A stretch of 63,073 bases of DNA, counting the filler, from Kipferlia bialata (taxonomy: Eukaryota): NCBI GenBank assembly GCA_003568945.1. It is 7 parts of 6 records of this genome, joined end to end, with 100 filler letters (N's around TTAATTAATTAA, not from the genome) between each part and the next. Parts side by side here need not be neighbours in the genome. Positions count along the whole stretch, not along the records: positions 1 to 6,045 come from BDIP01000792.1; positions 6,146 to 12,279 come from BDIP01000792.1; positions 12,380 to 27,034 come from BDIP01000793.1; 4 more parts are not named here. One strand, given 5' to 3'. The notes under the pieces were generated by a model. It did no database searches, had not been told where the DNA came from, and saw nothing but the letters and a program-made list of their open reading frames with translations. Both the position numbers and the translations under genes were made by a program. Each line of letters starts with the position of its first letter. Position 1 is the first letter of the stretch. Of this stretch, positions 1 through 12,452 are shown piece by piece.

Positions 1-213
1 GAGACGGCACCCAAGGGGGGGGGGGGGGGGGGGGGGGGGGGGGTCTTTATTGTATCAGGACTACTATATATATTTATGGGGGAATCTATATGTGCAATAA
101 TATACCTGCCCCAGATCCAACCTTGAGTGCAGGGCCAGACTGGAAATACAGACATACAAATATAATATGATAGAACACATCCAGAGTATATATATAAACT
201 ATATATAAATTAA

Positions 214-3200
214 CCTGCCCTAGATCCACCCTTGAGTGCAGGGCCAGACTGGATATGGCCCTCCTCAGCAGAGCATGGGCCTGCACAAGGGAGGTCTGGG
301 GGTGAGTCACATATGTGCATATTATGTATATTGTATATGAATCATTGCATGTGTGAACAACACATAGGGTATGGTCCTGGACAAGAGAGGTCTGGGGGTG
401 AGTCACAAATGTACACATTATATTATGCATATTGTATATGAATCTTTGCATGTGTGAACAACACATAGGGTATGGTACTGGACAATAGAGGTCTGGCGGT
501 GAGTGTGGTAACAATGAGGTTGTTTCAGGAGTAGTAATGGTACCCGTACCCTCCTCTGCTGCGGTGTCCCCGTAGTCTCCATGGGCACACACACATTGCA
601 GGTGCCATGGGGCCTGGGGTTGGTGACATGCTACACAATATACAAAATAAATATATATATACAGTCTATGTTATACACTACAACGAGCATATACCATCTA
701 CGCTACCTATACCTGATCCCCTCCTCCCACCCATGTGCATCATGTACCTGTGTATACTATACATATACATAATGGACTATCCAACATGTGTATACATCTA
801 TACCTAATCCCCTCCTCCAACCCATGTGCATCATGCCCCTGTATATACTACACATACAGTATATAGATATCAGTGTATATACTTTACTCACCTGATCCCC
901 TCCTCCATCCCATGTGCATCATGCCCCTGTGTGTAGTGTGTGGTGTCATCATTGCAGGACAGCCGCCTCATGTGGGTGTCAACACTGGTGGAGAGGTCAA
1001 CAAGAGTGGAGAGGGAACCCTGAGATAAGAGAAATACATTGAAAGAGAAAACGAAATGAGAGGGAGAGAGAGTAGTACCTGAGACAGGGCTGTGACAGAG
1101 AGTGGTCTGCCCAGATATGTACACAGGACCCTCAATACATGCAGACACAGCCATGCTGCAAGGTCAGTCTCAACCCCTGAGTGGGCACCTGGAGGGTGAG
1201 GACAGAACTCAATGCATCAGGAGTGACAATGGGTATACACGTATATATACACAAGGACTATACTACTGACACACCTTGACTGAACCAGTCCCCTGCCTCT
1301 GCCCCCTCCTTAGGCAGTGCCATTGCTAAGGGTGTAGCCAGGCCAGGCATCCATATGCCAGCTGTGCCCATGCCTGACACACCCCCTGTGACAGGGTGGG
1401 AGGGTGCTAAGGGGGACATACCCCGCTCCCTCTCCCCCTCTCTACCCCCTGGTGTAGATACAGCGGCAGAGGGCACTGGGGCCAGGGGTGATATCTGGAT
1501 CACACTCAGTAGGGGCAGGACGGCATCGACTAGGTGGGAGGCATAGCGACGCCTGGGGTGAATACCGCGAGAAGATCATATATCATCCAAAGATACCCAA
1601 AGGGACACTAATGCACAACCATACCTGTAGTGCATGACCCTGGGGTATAGCACCTCCAGCTTGTGACACAGACCCCTAGTGCTGGACGGGGCACCTAGGC
1701 GGTATGAGGCTACGTACTGGGGGTAAGATGCCACCAAAGAAACGATTTCTTATACAGGCCTGAATTCTACAAATATTGTATTGTTGCATACACTCACCTG
1801 ATACTCGTCTAGCTGCATCAATCACAACACGAAATGAATTCAACAAATACAGCTCTTGGTACAATACACCCACCTGATACTCGTCTAGCTGACTCTGGGC
1901 AACCAGTAGTCTCTCTCGCCTGGCAGTGAGTGAGAGTGCAGGGAGTGTATACTATATACACTGGACTACGTGGAATATCCCCCACCTCTCTGCGTTCTGG
2001 GTCTTGATCTCCTCTGTATCCTTGGTCAGTGTCTCAAGCCTCCTCTTCAGGTGTGCTATCCTCTGCCTCTGGGCCTCCTTCTTGGCCTCTCTCTGTCTTT
2101 CTCTCTCCCTCTCTGCCTCTGCCTCTGTCTCTGCATCAGTCAGGCCCTGGTTACCATGCGAGGCATACCTGGGGGTGGGATGTATGTATATGAATAATTT
2201 ATCGGAATACATATACGCGCCACTAATTGATCCCAACAGATGATACATTACCTTGCTGCTATCTGCTGGTTCAGCTTGAACAGAAGGGCGTCATTGCGAC
2301 GGTTGGTGTGTCTGGTGGTAAATGTATATAGTTGGGCACTGCAGTACTCAAACCAATGAGAGACCTCATTGCATGACAACTCCACATCCAATATATACAG
2401 TATATGTGTATACCATGAAATACATACCTCAGCACCCTTGCCAGTTCGGTCTGTCTCTCCCATCTCTGGTGGCCCATCCTAATGTGAGAAGGGGAGCTAC
2501 CCAATAAAAGCACCATTCCATCAACTACTTCGGCAACTGATATATACAAATATGTTAACTCTCTCACCTCCCCTCCTGCAGCACCACCCTGGGAGTCTCT
2601 GCCCTGCCAGACACAGACACCCTGTGACTAACAGAGGCTGAGGGGGCACACTCGACAGGAAGGTATCCACCACCGGAGGGGGGGTACACAGTGCAGCTGG
2701 GGTCAGGAAAGAATTATTGGGAGATAGTATATCTTTACAGAAAGAGAATCGAACATGGCCTACCTGATGTCCGCTAGCACCTTATAAACTATATAATGAG
2801 AGTCTAACAGCTTCGGATACCTGATGTCTGCCAGCACCTCAGTGATGCTGCCAATCATAGAAGGGTCATCTAGATGGGGCCCAGACACAGCTATGGCGGC
2901 ATGCCCTAGGACATAGGGCAGGGAGGCAGCCACGGACCTGGCCCCAGTGTGCATGTCATACTCGTAGCATGATAGCCTACCCACCAGTGCTAGCAGTGCC
3001 ACAGCAGCATCGGAGGGGGAGACAGAGAGTAGACTGGTGACTAGGTGTCTGGAGTAGGGGATGCCAGAGGCAGTGGCCCTGGCAGGGTGGGTGTGCACAG
3101 AGACAGTGTCCCTGAATATGGCCTCGGGGTCAGTAGGTGGTATGGTAGTAGACACCCTCAACAGACTATATAGAGCAAAGCAGAAGAATATGTCTCTACC

Positions 3201-5988
3201 TTAGTCACATGGTCCCTTGCCATTGGCTCTGACAGGGTGGACAGGGCATGGGATATATATATATATATATAGTATTTACTATATATATATATACATATGA
3301 TATATGCTATCCTCTACCTTTGTGACATGGTCCCTTGCCATTGGGTCTGACAGGGTGGACAGGGCATGGGATATATATATATATAGTATATTGTATATAT
3401 ATATCTATATATACATATGATATGTGCTGTCCCCTACCTTTGTGACATGGTCCTGTGTCATTGGGTCTGACAGGGTGGACAGGGCATGGGATATGGCACC
3501 CCTCAGCATCAGACTGTACCTATCCACAAGGGCAGAGCGGCGGTACCTGGGGGTAGGGAAACAGAGGGGGGGGGGGTATATATTCACATCAACAGATATA
3601 CATATACTAATATGTACCGATACACACTGGCAGACTGGCGGTACCTGGGGATTAAGGGGATGGAGACTGAGAATAGGCTAAAGATCACAAAGACCTATAA
3701 TTAAATGATATGTGTGAGTAGTATATACCTAAACTCCTGCTGTGTCTCAAGGCAGTATGCGTGCATGGCGCCTATGACATCTGCCGGTGACACCCCGCTC
3801 TCCACCCTGCACTCTATACACAGTGCACCCTCAGCATCCACCTTGCACCCTGCATCCAGGGTAGTATTGGAGTGGAGGTAGGGGGAGAGGGGGGAGAGGG
3901 GGGAGGAGAGGAGAGAGGCCACGACGACACACAGGGCAAAGCGGTAGGAGTGGAGGGTGGCCTCATAGGATGAGGGGGCAGAGGCAGAGGCAGAGGCAGA
4001 AGGGGTCGAGGCACCCTCTGTGACACTGGGGGTGGTGTCAGTCTCAATGTCAGACTGAGGACGGACATCACCCCCTGCGCCTGCCTCACCCTCTCCTTCA
4101 CTGGAAGGGCTGGGAACGGTGGTAGAGCTGCTACTTGTCACACTATCCTCAGTCACCCTGTCACCATCTGTCACTGATGGTGTATGTTCCCTCGTCTCCA
4201 CACTGGTCTCAAGGGTTAGAGTATACCAACTGGAGGTGAGAATGGGATATATATCAGACCATAGAGCGAATCCAGTGTAATAACCATCTCATACCTATTG
4301 TTGTCACTGCACACACACAGAGTAGGCTTCGACCGAGAGTGTTCCTTCTCTCCCAGCCTCTGTCCCTCTCTCCCACCCTCTGCATTCCCTGCCCTTCCCT
4401 CAGTGGCATGTGTTGAGTTGAGGGTGTGTAGCAAGGAGGCAAACTGAGTGAGTCCCCCTTCCTCAATCACAGCAGGGGCAGACACATACAGCCTCTTGGG
4501 GCACCCCCCCTCCCCCCTGCCCACCAGCTGTTGCAGCACCCTCTGTAGTCTGTGCATCAAGTCAGCACCTGACTGGGGCAGAGTTAATGGGTCTCTATAT
4601 AGAGTGGGGGCAGGGGATGGGTTGGGGGAGAGCAGCTGGGACACAGCGGATAGATACACCCTCTGCTGCCCCACACTCCACTCACTCTCTGTGCCAGGGG
4701 GTGTGGTGCCCATGCCATGGTTAGACAGGGTGGAGAGGCGATGGGACTCTCGCTCTGCTGCTGCCAACACAGTGGACTGGGAGAAGACAGATCCCGCCAG
4801 CACACCTGGGGTGAGTATAAATAAACATAAATGTAAATGGAGCAAGGTAATACGCATCCCACTAAACATACCATTCCAGTAGACGTTAAATGGCACAATG
4901 AAACAGTCACAGATCATGAAAGGATATGATATACATACACCCACCTGTGAACAGTGACACAGCCTCAGCACATGACTCCAGGGGGGTGGTGAAGGTGATG
5001 CTGGGGTAAGAAGGCAACAACACAAGGGATACCTTTCAAATATATACTGTATTACCTCACCACTGGTCCCCCTATCCCAGCATGTGCACTGGGTGGTGGG
5101 GCCTGACACACGGCATCAGTGCCACCACCCTTGCCACCCTCTCCCCCTGCCTCTTTCTCTCCCTCTGCCTCCTTACTGCACACACTAGTGCTAGAGGGTG
5201 CAGGGAATGACACACTGCTATGGTACCCAGTGGCATATGTGGAGTACAGGGAGGAGGCACTGCGGACGATGCCCTCCGAGGTGCGTCTGAAGACACGGCG
5301 CATCCTGGGGGTGGGGGAGGGTTAATCGAGTGAAACGTATTGTACTCTCACTCTCCCCTTCTATTTCTCTTTGTCTTTGGAAATGTATACTACTATCTGA
5401 TACCTGTTCTGCCTTGTGACGTGGCTGACCTCTGTGTGCATGAGAGCACTCAACAGCAGAGGCACAAGCATCATGTCGGAGGGGGTCAGGCTGGGGTTAC
5501 TGGAATCGTCACCAATATACACTACTACAACACTCATACACTGCACCCTATGTACATTGACAGCGCAAAGGGTGAACTGTATATACACTACTTGCATATA
5601 CTATAGTATGATATATGACACATACTCACCCACTGCACCCCATGTACATTGACACTGCCACCGTGTCCAGTGATGGATCCACACTGAAGGACACGGGGAT
5701 GGGACTGTCGGTGTGGGGGGTGCCCACTGGATATATGTCCTCCTGACCAAAGGCATTCTGCAGCACCTGGGGGACCTTGGGGTTAGACAGTAATCCAAAT
5801 GAGTATGCATATGTATATACAATATCAATGTGTAAGAGGTACTCTGCAGCACCTGGGGGACCTGGGGTTACATACAGACCAATGGGTGTATTGGACAAAT
5901 GCTGAAGACTGCCTCAAAGAGAGTCACAGAATGAGTGTGGGATAGAGACTCTTATAACCACTCAGGTATTGCTGACAGACTGAGATAC

Positions 5989-6026
<38 letters not shown>

Positions 6027-6433
6027 GAGGGGGGGGACACAAAAANNNNNNNNNNNNNNNNNNNNNNNNNNNNNNNNNNNNNNNNNNNNTTAATTAATTA
6101 ANNNNNNNNNNNNNNNNNNNNNNNNNNNNNNNNNNNNNNNNNNNNAGAGAGGGGGGGTGGGGGGGGGGGGGGGGGGGGGGGGGGGGAAGGATACTATACT
6201 AACCTGACTTTGGCTGCAGCCACTGGTACTCATAGCCCCCTGTTGCATGGGTAGGGCAGATGTAGGTGTCAGGTTCCAGTCCAAAGCTGAGTGTCAGAGA
6301 TATATCACGCGACTAGTCAGGGAGGCAGTGCCTCCCGGAGGCACTCGAGAGAGAGACCCACATACATCTGTGCACACACAGAACCTGGAAATACAAATCC
6401 TGGTAACATAATATCATGCTGTCAGAAAACCAT
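214..6433 (-). CDS. Large multi-exon hypothetical protein with a C-terminal coiled coil; weak UVRAG/Atg14-like resemblance; spans the 6046-6145 gap; 3' end probably beyond the window start
   Basis: ATG|GT at 6433-6430, then exons splice in frame (MVLCVHRSLDWNLTPTSALPMQQ...). Later exons with CTCACCCCCAG-type acceptors encode RYRRSALVDRYSLMLRGAISHAL, RQRIAHLKRRLETLTKDTEEIK, RERLLVAQSQLDEYQ, DLAAWLCLHVLRVLCTYLGRPL and AHALLRRAISSLAL. Not every junction was checked. Confidence 0.6.
6046..6145. other. Assembly gap with artificial TTAATTAATTAA linker (same at 12280-12379, 27035-27134, 41777-41876, 56517-56616, 61762-61861)
   Basis: N run + ttaattaattaa + N run, 100 nt each; flanks are mostly poly-G/poly-C or microsatellite. 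Confidence 0.97.
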
Positions 6434-7639
6434 GATGTCGCGTTGTAGTGTCGAAATGGATTTAGAGTGTACTAATGTAGGGCCAAACCAGCTACCTTAC
6501 ATCAGCGTTGGGGCACGAGAAGGTCGATGCACTAGCAGCGAACAAGCCTAATAGCACCAGGTATATGCATACCCAGTGACGCATCTGAGACAGAGAGGCT
6601 ACTGTGCACAAGAGACTCGAGTCAGTTGAGCATATGCGTAATTTTTGGGTTGCCCCCCTTTTAGTTTTCTTTACTACTCAGAACAAGACAGTCGCTCGTT
6701 CCACCGTCTATGGTACTTAACCAGGGAGGGCGGCTAGTCACAGCCGTTTATATCATTCATATATCAAGTTGCTTTGCGTAGGAATCCGTATTTGGACCCT
6801 TCTTTCCAGCAGAGACTGTCGCGCAGTGAGAAGCAAAGGTTTGACCCGTGAAGTCATATCCTCGGAGGCAGCGCAACTAGGCAGGATATGTGGAGTGCGT
6901 GGTTTCTAGCCACTGAGCAATGAAAGGTCTAGCTCCACGCTACAATATGTGAGAGTCCGATTTCGGCTAGTAGAGATAGCCTAGCACTGTCACTGTCAAG
7001 GAGCTTTCCGATTGAGGAGATGAGGTCTCTTCATCATGAAGTGGAGTAACACATACATCGTCCATGATAAGGAAGCCGAGCCAATAGGCCATTTTGCCTA
7101 CAAGCAACACCCCATTCACACCTCAATATATGAATACATCTCAAGTATTATTCTTGGCTTGATAGCCGCCCATGACATCGATTCTCAGTCTCGTGTACGG
7201 TCGCCGGTGAGTGACTGGCGACCTGCTGTCCCATCATGTAAGAACATGATTCATGCTCTATGCAAGAGACTCTACGACGCCAACAGCTCTTCGATAAGAT
7301 TGTAATATACAACAAAAATGCATATATATACCATTTGAACACATGGACTGCCAGTTCCCTGAGCTATCGGTGGTATATCGAGTATAAGTCAGTCTACTAT
7401 TACAGGCAACGTCTACTAACACCTTGTGACTGAACGAAAAACAGAAATGCAAAATGAAGAGGTCTCTTATAGAGACCCTGTCCTACTGACGTAACGTGAA
7501 CAGTATTTCGGCTCTATTCCTATCAGAGATATACTGCAATGAGTATGATCAGATAGACTACTCTATTAGTTCCCATTGGTCAGCCAATACCATGCAAATT
7601 CAAGTGCTCCACAGAATGTAACACTATGTCAGTGGGGTC

Positions 7640-8536
7640 TCACTCCTTCTGCCCCAAGATGGCGTTAGGTGGAATGATGCCCCATCTCATGTCTGGGTGT
7701 GGGTACACCAGGCCAGGGTCTAGATAGTGCAGCTGATAGTGCTCACCTGGCCTGCCCGACCAGACTGCTAAGGAGGGGAAGAAGACACCGTCCTCACACT
7801 CGAAAGTTGTACTGTCATACTGTGTGATCTCGCCAGATATGGTGTCTAATCCGTACCAGTCCCATTTGCCAGAGAAAGTAGTCGATAGAGTGACTATCAG
7901 GAGGAAGTGGCCAACGGCCATAGTCTGGCATCTGTATACATGCCTTGGTAGTCTAGCCTCCTCAACCCACCCAGTTCTCTCGGAAAACGAGACTATCCTA
8001 CTGTCTCGAGTGAAAACATATGCACGGGAACCCAGACAACATGAAGGCGTACTAATATCGCTATCCACTGGGATCCTAAGTAACTTCCACTCCTCGTACC
8101 GTCTGTCCGGATCAAAGGTCCACATCTGCACACTATTCCCTGATGCACCTCTGAACCAAACTCGCATGAAACAGCGGTCCTCAAGTGCAAACACGTCCCG
8201 ACGTATCAACTGATCCAAATCAAAGGGATGTAGCGTGTGTACTCGAGAGACTTCCATAGAGTCCAGCTCTAGCTTCAGAAGGACACGGTTACAATCGCAC
8301 GCGTACAACACGCCCCCTACTGTAAATGTAGAACGTGGTGCCTTGCAGAATAGGGCTGTGTGGTGCTCTATGACGTCAGATGCCCTCAGAGTCAGGGTGT
8401 GCATGTCTCCCGATACCACATCTAGGTAGGCCAGCGAGTTGGCACCAACCGTTGTGCCTTCGACTCGAGTAATTTCACACTCTGGTACAACTTGAGAGGT
8501 TGTGACATGTGCGCAGAACAGAGGGTTGTGTGGCAT
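7640..8536 (-). CDS. Intronless Kelch-like/beta-propeller-like protein (298 aa)
   Basis: Uninterrupted ORF with blade-like motifs TFTVGGVLY, MWTFDPD...W, CCLGSRAYVF, AVGHFLLIV, WYGLDTISGE. An extra 5' exon cannot be excluded. Confidence 0.65.
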   Translation of the reverse strand: MPHNPLFCAHVTTSQVVPECEITRVEGTTVGANSLAYLDVVSGDMHTLTLRASDVIEHHTALFCKAPRSTFTVGGVLYACDCNRVLLKLELDSMEVSRVHTLHPFDLDQLIRRDVFALEDRCFMRVWFRGASGNSVQMWTFDPDRRYEEWKLLRIPVDSDISTPSCCLGSRAYVFTRDSRIVSFSERTGWVEEARLPRHVYRCQTMAVGHFLLIVTLSTTFSGKWDWYGLDTISGEITQYDSTTFECEDGVFFPSLAVWSGRPGEHYQLHYLDPGLVYPHPDMRWGIIPPNAILGQKE

Positions 8537-9151
8537 GTAACGTCCAATATAGCGACTTAACTTGTTTCTGAGAAGGAACAGTGGTGTGTCTTGTATCTAC
8601 TGCCACACACAATACGATATCACTCACGTGACGCCATCTTTCACCGAGTACGGTGACCCTCAGTCGTTTCAAAGCTTGGATCCACTGCTGTAAAGTACAA
8701 TTGGGATAGGTTGGCATGGCTCTAGAGTGCTACACTGTAGATTCATCTGAATGTGACATAGGACTGAGTATACTGTTTTTATATTTGTTATGTCTCGCTG
8801 ACTGTCAAACAACTCTGGCAACTGATAGTGTACAACAACAGACAGGCCAGCAAGAGAATTCCCAACTCCTCGACTAACGCGGAACGACATACAGCAACAC
8901 TGTCGCCCCACCAACACAAAAGACACCACAACATAGCAACCGCCCTCTTCCCGACCCAAGTCCATAAGGGGAGGGGCTAATAAGTAGATACCGCCCTCTG
9001 ACGGTAACGGGTCCGCCAACTATCGTTGAAGGACACCCCAAAAGCACACAAAGCTTGGTAATAATGATACAAAATCGTCACAACGCAGTGCAGAAACGAG
9101 GGGTAGATACACCCCATCGCTATGCGCCACGGGACTCTGTGTGAATATAGT

Positions 9152-12115
9152 CTACAGCCACCTGTCCTGCTGTGACAGGACAGAGCAGCACCGGGGAGGG
9201 GGGGTGCCGCCTGGGGTGAGGGGATTGAGTATGAGAGAGAGTACATATATACTAGTATGTGTGTGAATACCTAGGCCTGTCCCCCCCACGAGGTCCTCTG
9301 TGAACTGGGACTCATCGAACACAGTGTCGCCATGACCAGAGTACACCTGGAAGGTCTGGGGTCAGAGGGGGTACTAATATACACATATTCATATGCAGTG
9401 TAAGACCCAGGTGTATTCACACACATAAACATAAGCATACATTGTACAGTAGCGTGTGTACCTCCTCGGGTGCCTTGGCCCCTGTGTCCCCCAGGAAGTC
9501 AGAGGGGTGGGGGTGGTCGGCTGAGGGTCAGAACAGAGAGTAGAGAACTTGTTTGGACATATCAAGTGTGGCACATAACTCTAAAAATGTAAATATGTAT
9601 AGTGACTATCGTGTACCTGTCTCGAGGTCCTGTAGGGCAGCTAGGCCATCCTCCACTGGATGTAAGAAAGGTGATAGTGAGGGGGGACAGTGATATAAGA
9701 CACAGAGTGAGAGTCACTCAGAGAGAGACATGGCTTCACTCACCCACGTCACCGTCAGGGAAGATGTCGGCGGCTCTCTGGCCAAGGGCAAGTCTAGGAG
9801 TAAGCAATAGGGTAGGGGGGGGGGGAGGGGGATAGAAACAGAGCATCCCAGTAGAGTGGTGACATAGTACATAATGACGCGTCTGTCGTTGCCCACCTTG
9901 AGTCTGGTCTGTCGACGAGTATACTGGACACTGCCCTGACATCGAGGCCGTCCAGCCCCACCCCTCTCCCCCTCCCTGCCCCCTTTCTCTCTCTCTGCCC
10001 CATGGTCAGCATAGATACCCCGGCTATGGACAGACCGCAGATGGAGGCACGGCGGGCCCTGTCTCGGTTGGGGCCAGTGCCGATGGTGTTCTGGGGTCAG
10101 GCATAGGTAGATGGATATACAAATACAGGTGTACATATAGAGGTGAGACACATACAAGTGAATGCTGTGCTACACACATAAAACAGGTGTAGTTCTAATA
10201 GTCACTCAGATATACCACGCACCCTTCTGTTTAGTGCCGGTGTGGGGTGTGCCGTGACTGTCCTGGACACGGCAGGGCACTTGCCAACCTGCGTCACACT
10301 GCCTAGGGGGTCAGACGGAGAGGGAGAGAGAGAGGTGTGTGAGAGAGAGAGAGTAGTAGGATTCACACTCCCAGAAGAATGAGGAGACGGAGAGGACTGT
10401 TCAGTTACGAGTATGCTTGTATGTACATTTGTCTATGTGTCTTCCCTACCTGGGACAATGCCGTACATGGCCTTGGACTGGTTGGACATGGATGAGGATG
10501 GTCTGCGGGAGGGATCAGCATCAACGGCAGAGTGGTCTATCAGACGGCGGCTGGGGTGAGGGGGATGGCAGCATGAGAGAGAGAGAGAGGCAGGCCACGT
10601 ACCGGCGAGTGTTGAGTGAGCGTGTGAGCCTGACACCCGTGTCGTGTCTATCTCCATGTCTGTGTCCATGTCTGGACCCTACCCTGCTGGAGGGCCGGTC
10701 GTGGCTGCTCTCCTGGGGGTAAGGGATAGTCGTATGTATATAAATCAATATATACTGACACTGATACTATATGAAGTTGATCGTGGCTGCTGTCCTAGGT
10801 ATTAAGTACACATACGTGTATATATATACACTATATATATAGTGTACCTTAGTGATGTTGGCGCAGCACCGCAGCTCCCTCTCCACCTCCAGGTCCAGCT
10901 CTCGGTCCTTGTCCTGCTTGTCTCTCTCTCTCTCTCTCTCCCTGTCTCTCTCCCTCTCCTCCTCATCTACCACAATGCTGTCTCCAAACCCTGACCCGAT
11001 ACTGCCAACCAGGCTGTCGCCGTCTCTCTCTCTCTCTCTCTCTGTCTCCATGACACTATCATCTGCATCGCCTAGGACTGACCCTAGCAGCACAGACTGG
11101 AACCCACTCGAGTTCAGGGGGGCAACACCGCTAAAGGAGAACTGACTGGGGGTAGAGAGGGGAGAAGAGTATAATACGCAGTGTAGGGAATAAGGATGCC
11201 TACCTGCAGTTGATGCTCTCTGTGATGCTCCCGTCCATGTCGCTCTCCCTGCCTCTCTCTCTCTCTCTCTGCTTGCCTCTTTCAAGGGAGGTCAGACGCT
11301 GGAGTGAGGGTGTGTGGGAAGTATATGAGAACACATACTATACACACACATACATCTACTAGCATACCTGGCATATAGTGGACGCCGGCCTGACCACGTG
11401 TGTCCTCTCCCTGTTGAATGACCCACTGTCAGCCATGCCGACTGCAGTGGAGGGAGAGTAGAAGGGTGAGGGAGGGGGCAGGGGGGACCCAGTACCGGGG
11501 GGGAGGGGGGACGCAGGGGCGGCATCTGGGGGTGAGGTTGTGACACGTACTCATACCATATACATACATATATATATATACATATGTCACCATGCCCCTC
11601 ACCCTCCAGCCCGTCCAGGCTCTGATGGCTGTGTGTGTTGGACCTGACTAGGAAGGGACTGGCCACAACAGTGCCCTCGCCCAGGCTCAGCTAGGATGAG
11701 AAACATGCACTATACACTACTCTGAAGAGTATAGCCACTTACTTGTAGTACACTAAAAGAGTGTAACACACAGTACCTGGCTTGTCCTCCCCCCCTCAAT
11801 ACCAGAGGCATAGAGACCAGACTGGGCCTGGGGGTCTGCCTCATTGTCCCCCTCCCCTGCCCTCTCTCTCTTCCTGCCCAGTGCCATGGCCATCGAGATG
11901 TCACCCACACTCTGGGGGTCAGAGAGGGAGGGGAATACATACACACCCACCCATATATATACTCATTGACAGACACACAGAGAGAGAGAGTGTGTGAGAG
12001 TGTGAGGGTGTGGTACCTGTGAGCGTGGCAGTGACTGAGACATAGACCTCTGTGTGTCTGTCCCTCTGTGGTATGAGGAGGTGGAGCCCATGGCAGAGGC
12101 AGCGGCCTTGCCTGA
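9152..12115 (-). CDS. Multi-exon hypothetical protein, low complexity with RE repeats; 5' end lost in gap
   Basis: The last exons splice in frame: TRLALGQRAADIFPDGD-VEDGLAALQDLET-ADHPHPSDFLGDTGAKAPEE-TFQVYSGHGDTVFDESQF...QQDRWL*. Confidence 0.55.
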
Positions 12116-12227
12116 CAGTTAGTCTCTTTCTCTCTCTCTCTCTCTATCTATGTATACATATATACACACACACACACATATATATATATACCCCACCTGA
12201 TATGGCTGTGTTCCACATCCTACTCTG

Positions 12228-12279
<52 letters not shown>

Positions 12280-12452
12280 NNNNNNNNNNNNNNNNNNNNN
12301 NNNNNNNNNNNNNNNNNNNNNNNTTAATTAATTAANNNNNNNNNNNNNNNNNNNNNNNNNNNNNNNNNNNNNNNNNNNNCCCCCCCCTCCCCCTCCCCCC
12401 CCCCCCCCCCCCCCCCTTCACCCTCCACTTCTCTCTCCCTTCTTGACCCCAG

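Noticed and set aside
15..43. Long poly-G/poly-C tracts (also ~5993-6025, 26988-27034, 27135-27180) as G-quadruplex or telomere-like elements
   Set aside because: They sit at contig ends where sequencing fails; lengths are unreliable and there is no telomeric unit
6090..6101. Recurrent TTAATTAATTAA motif between N runs
   Set aside because: Artificial all-frame-stop linker from assembly; gene adjacency across these gaps is therefore uncertain
6900..7450. Short ORFs on both strands, possibly a decayed Kelch-like gene
   Set aside because: Multiple stops and no convincing motif; cannot be supported without a search
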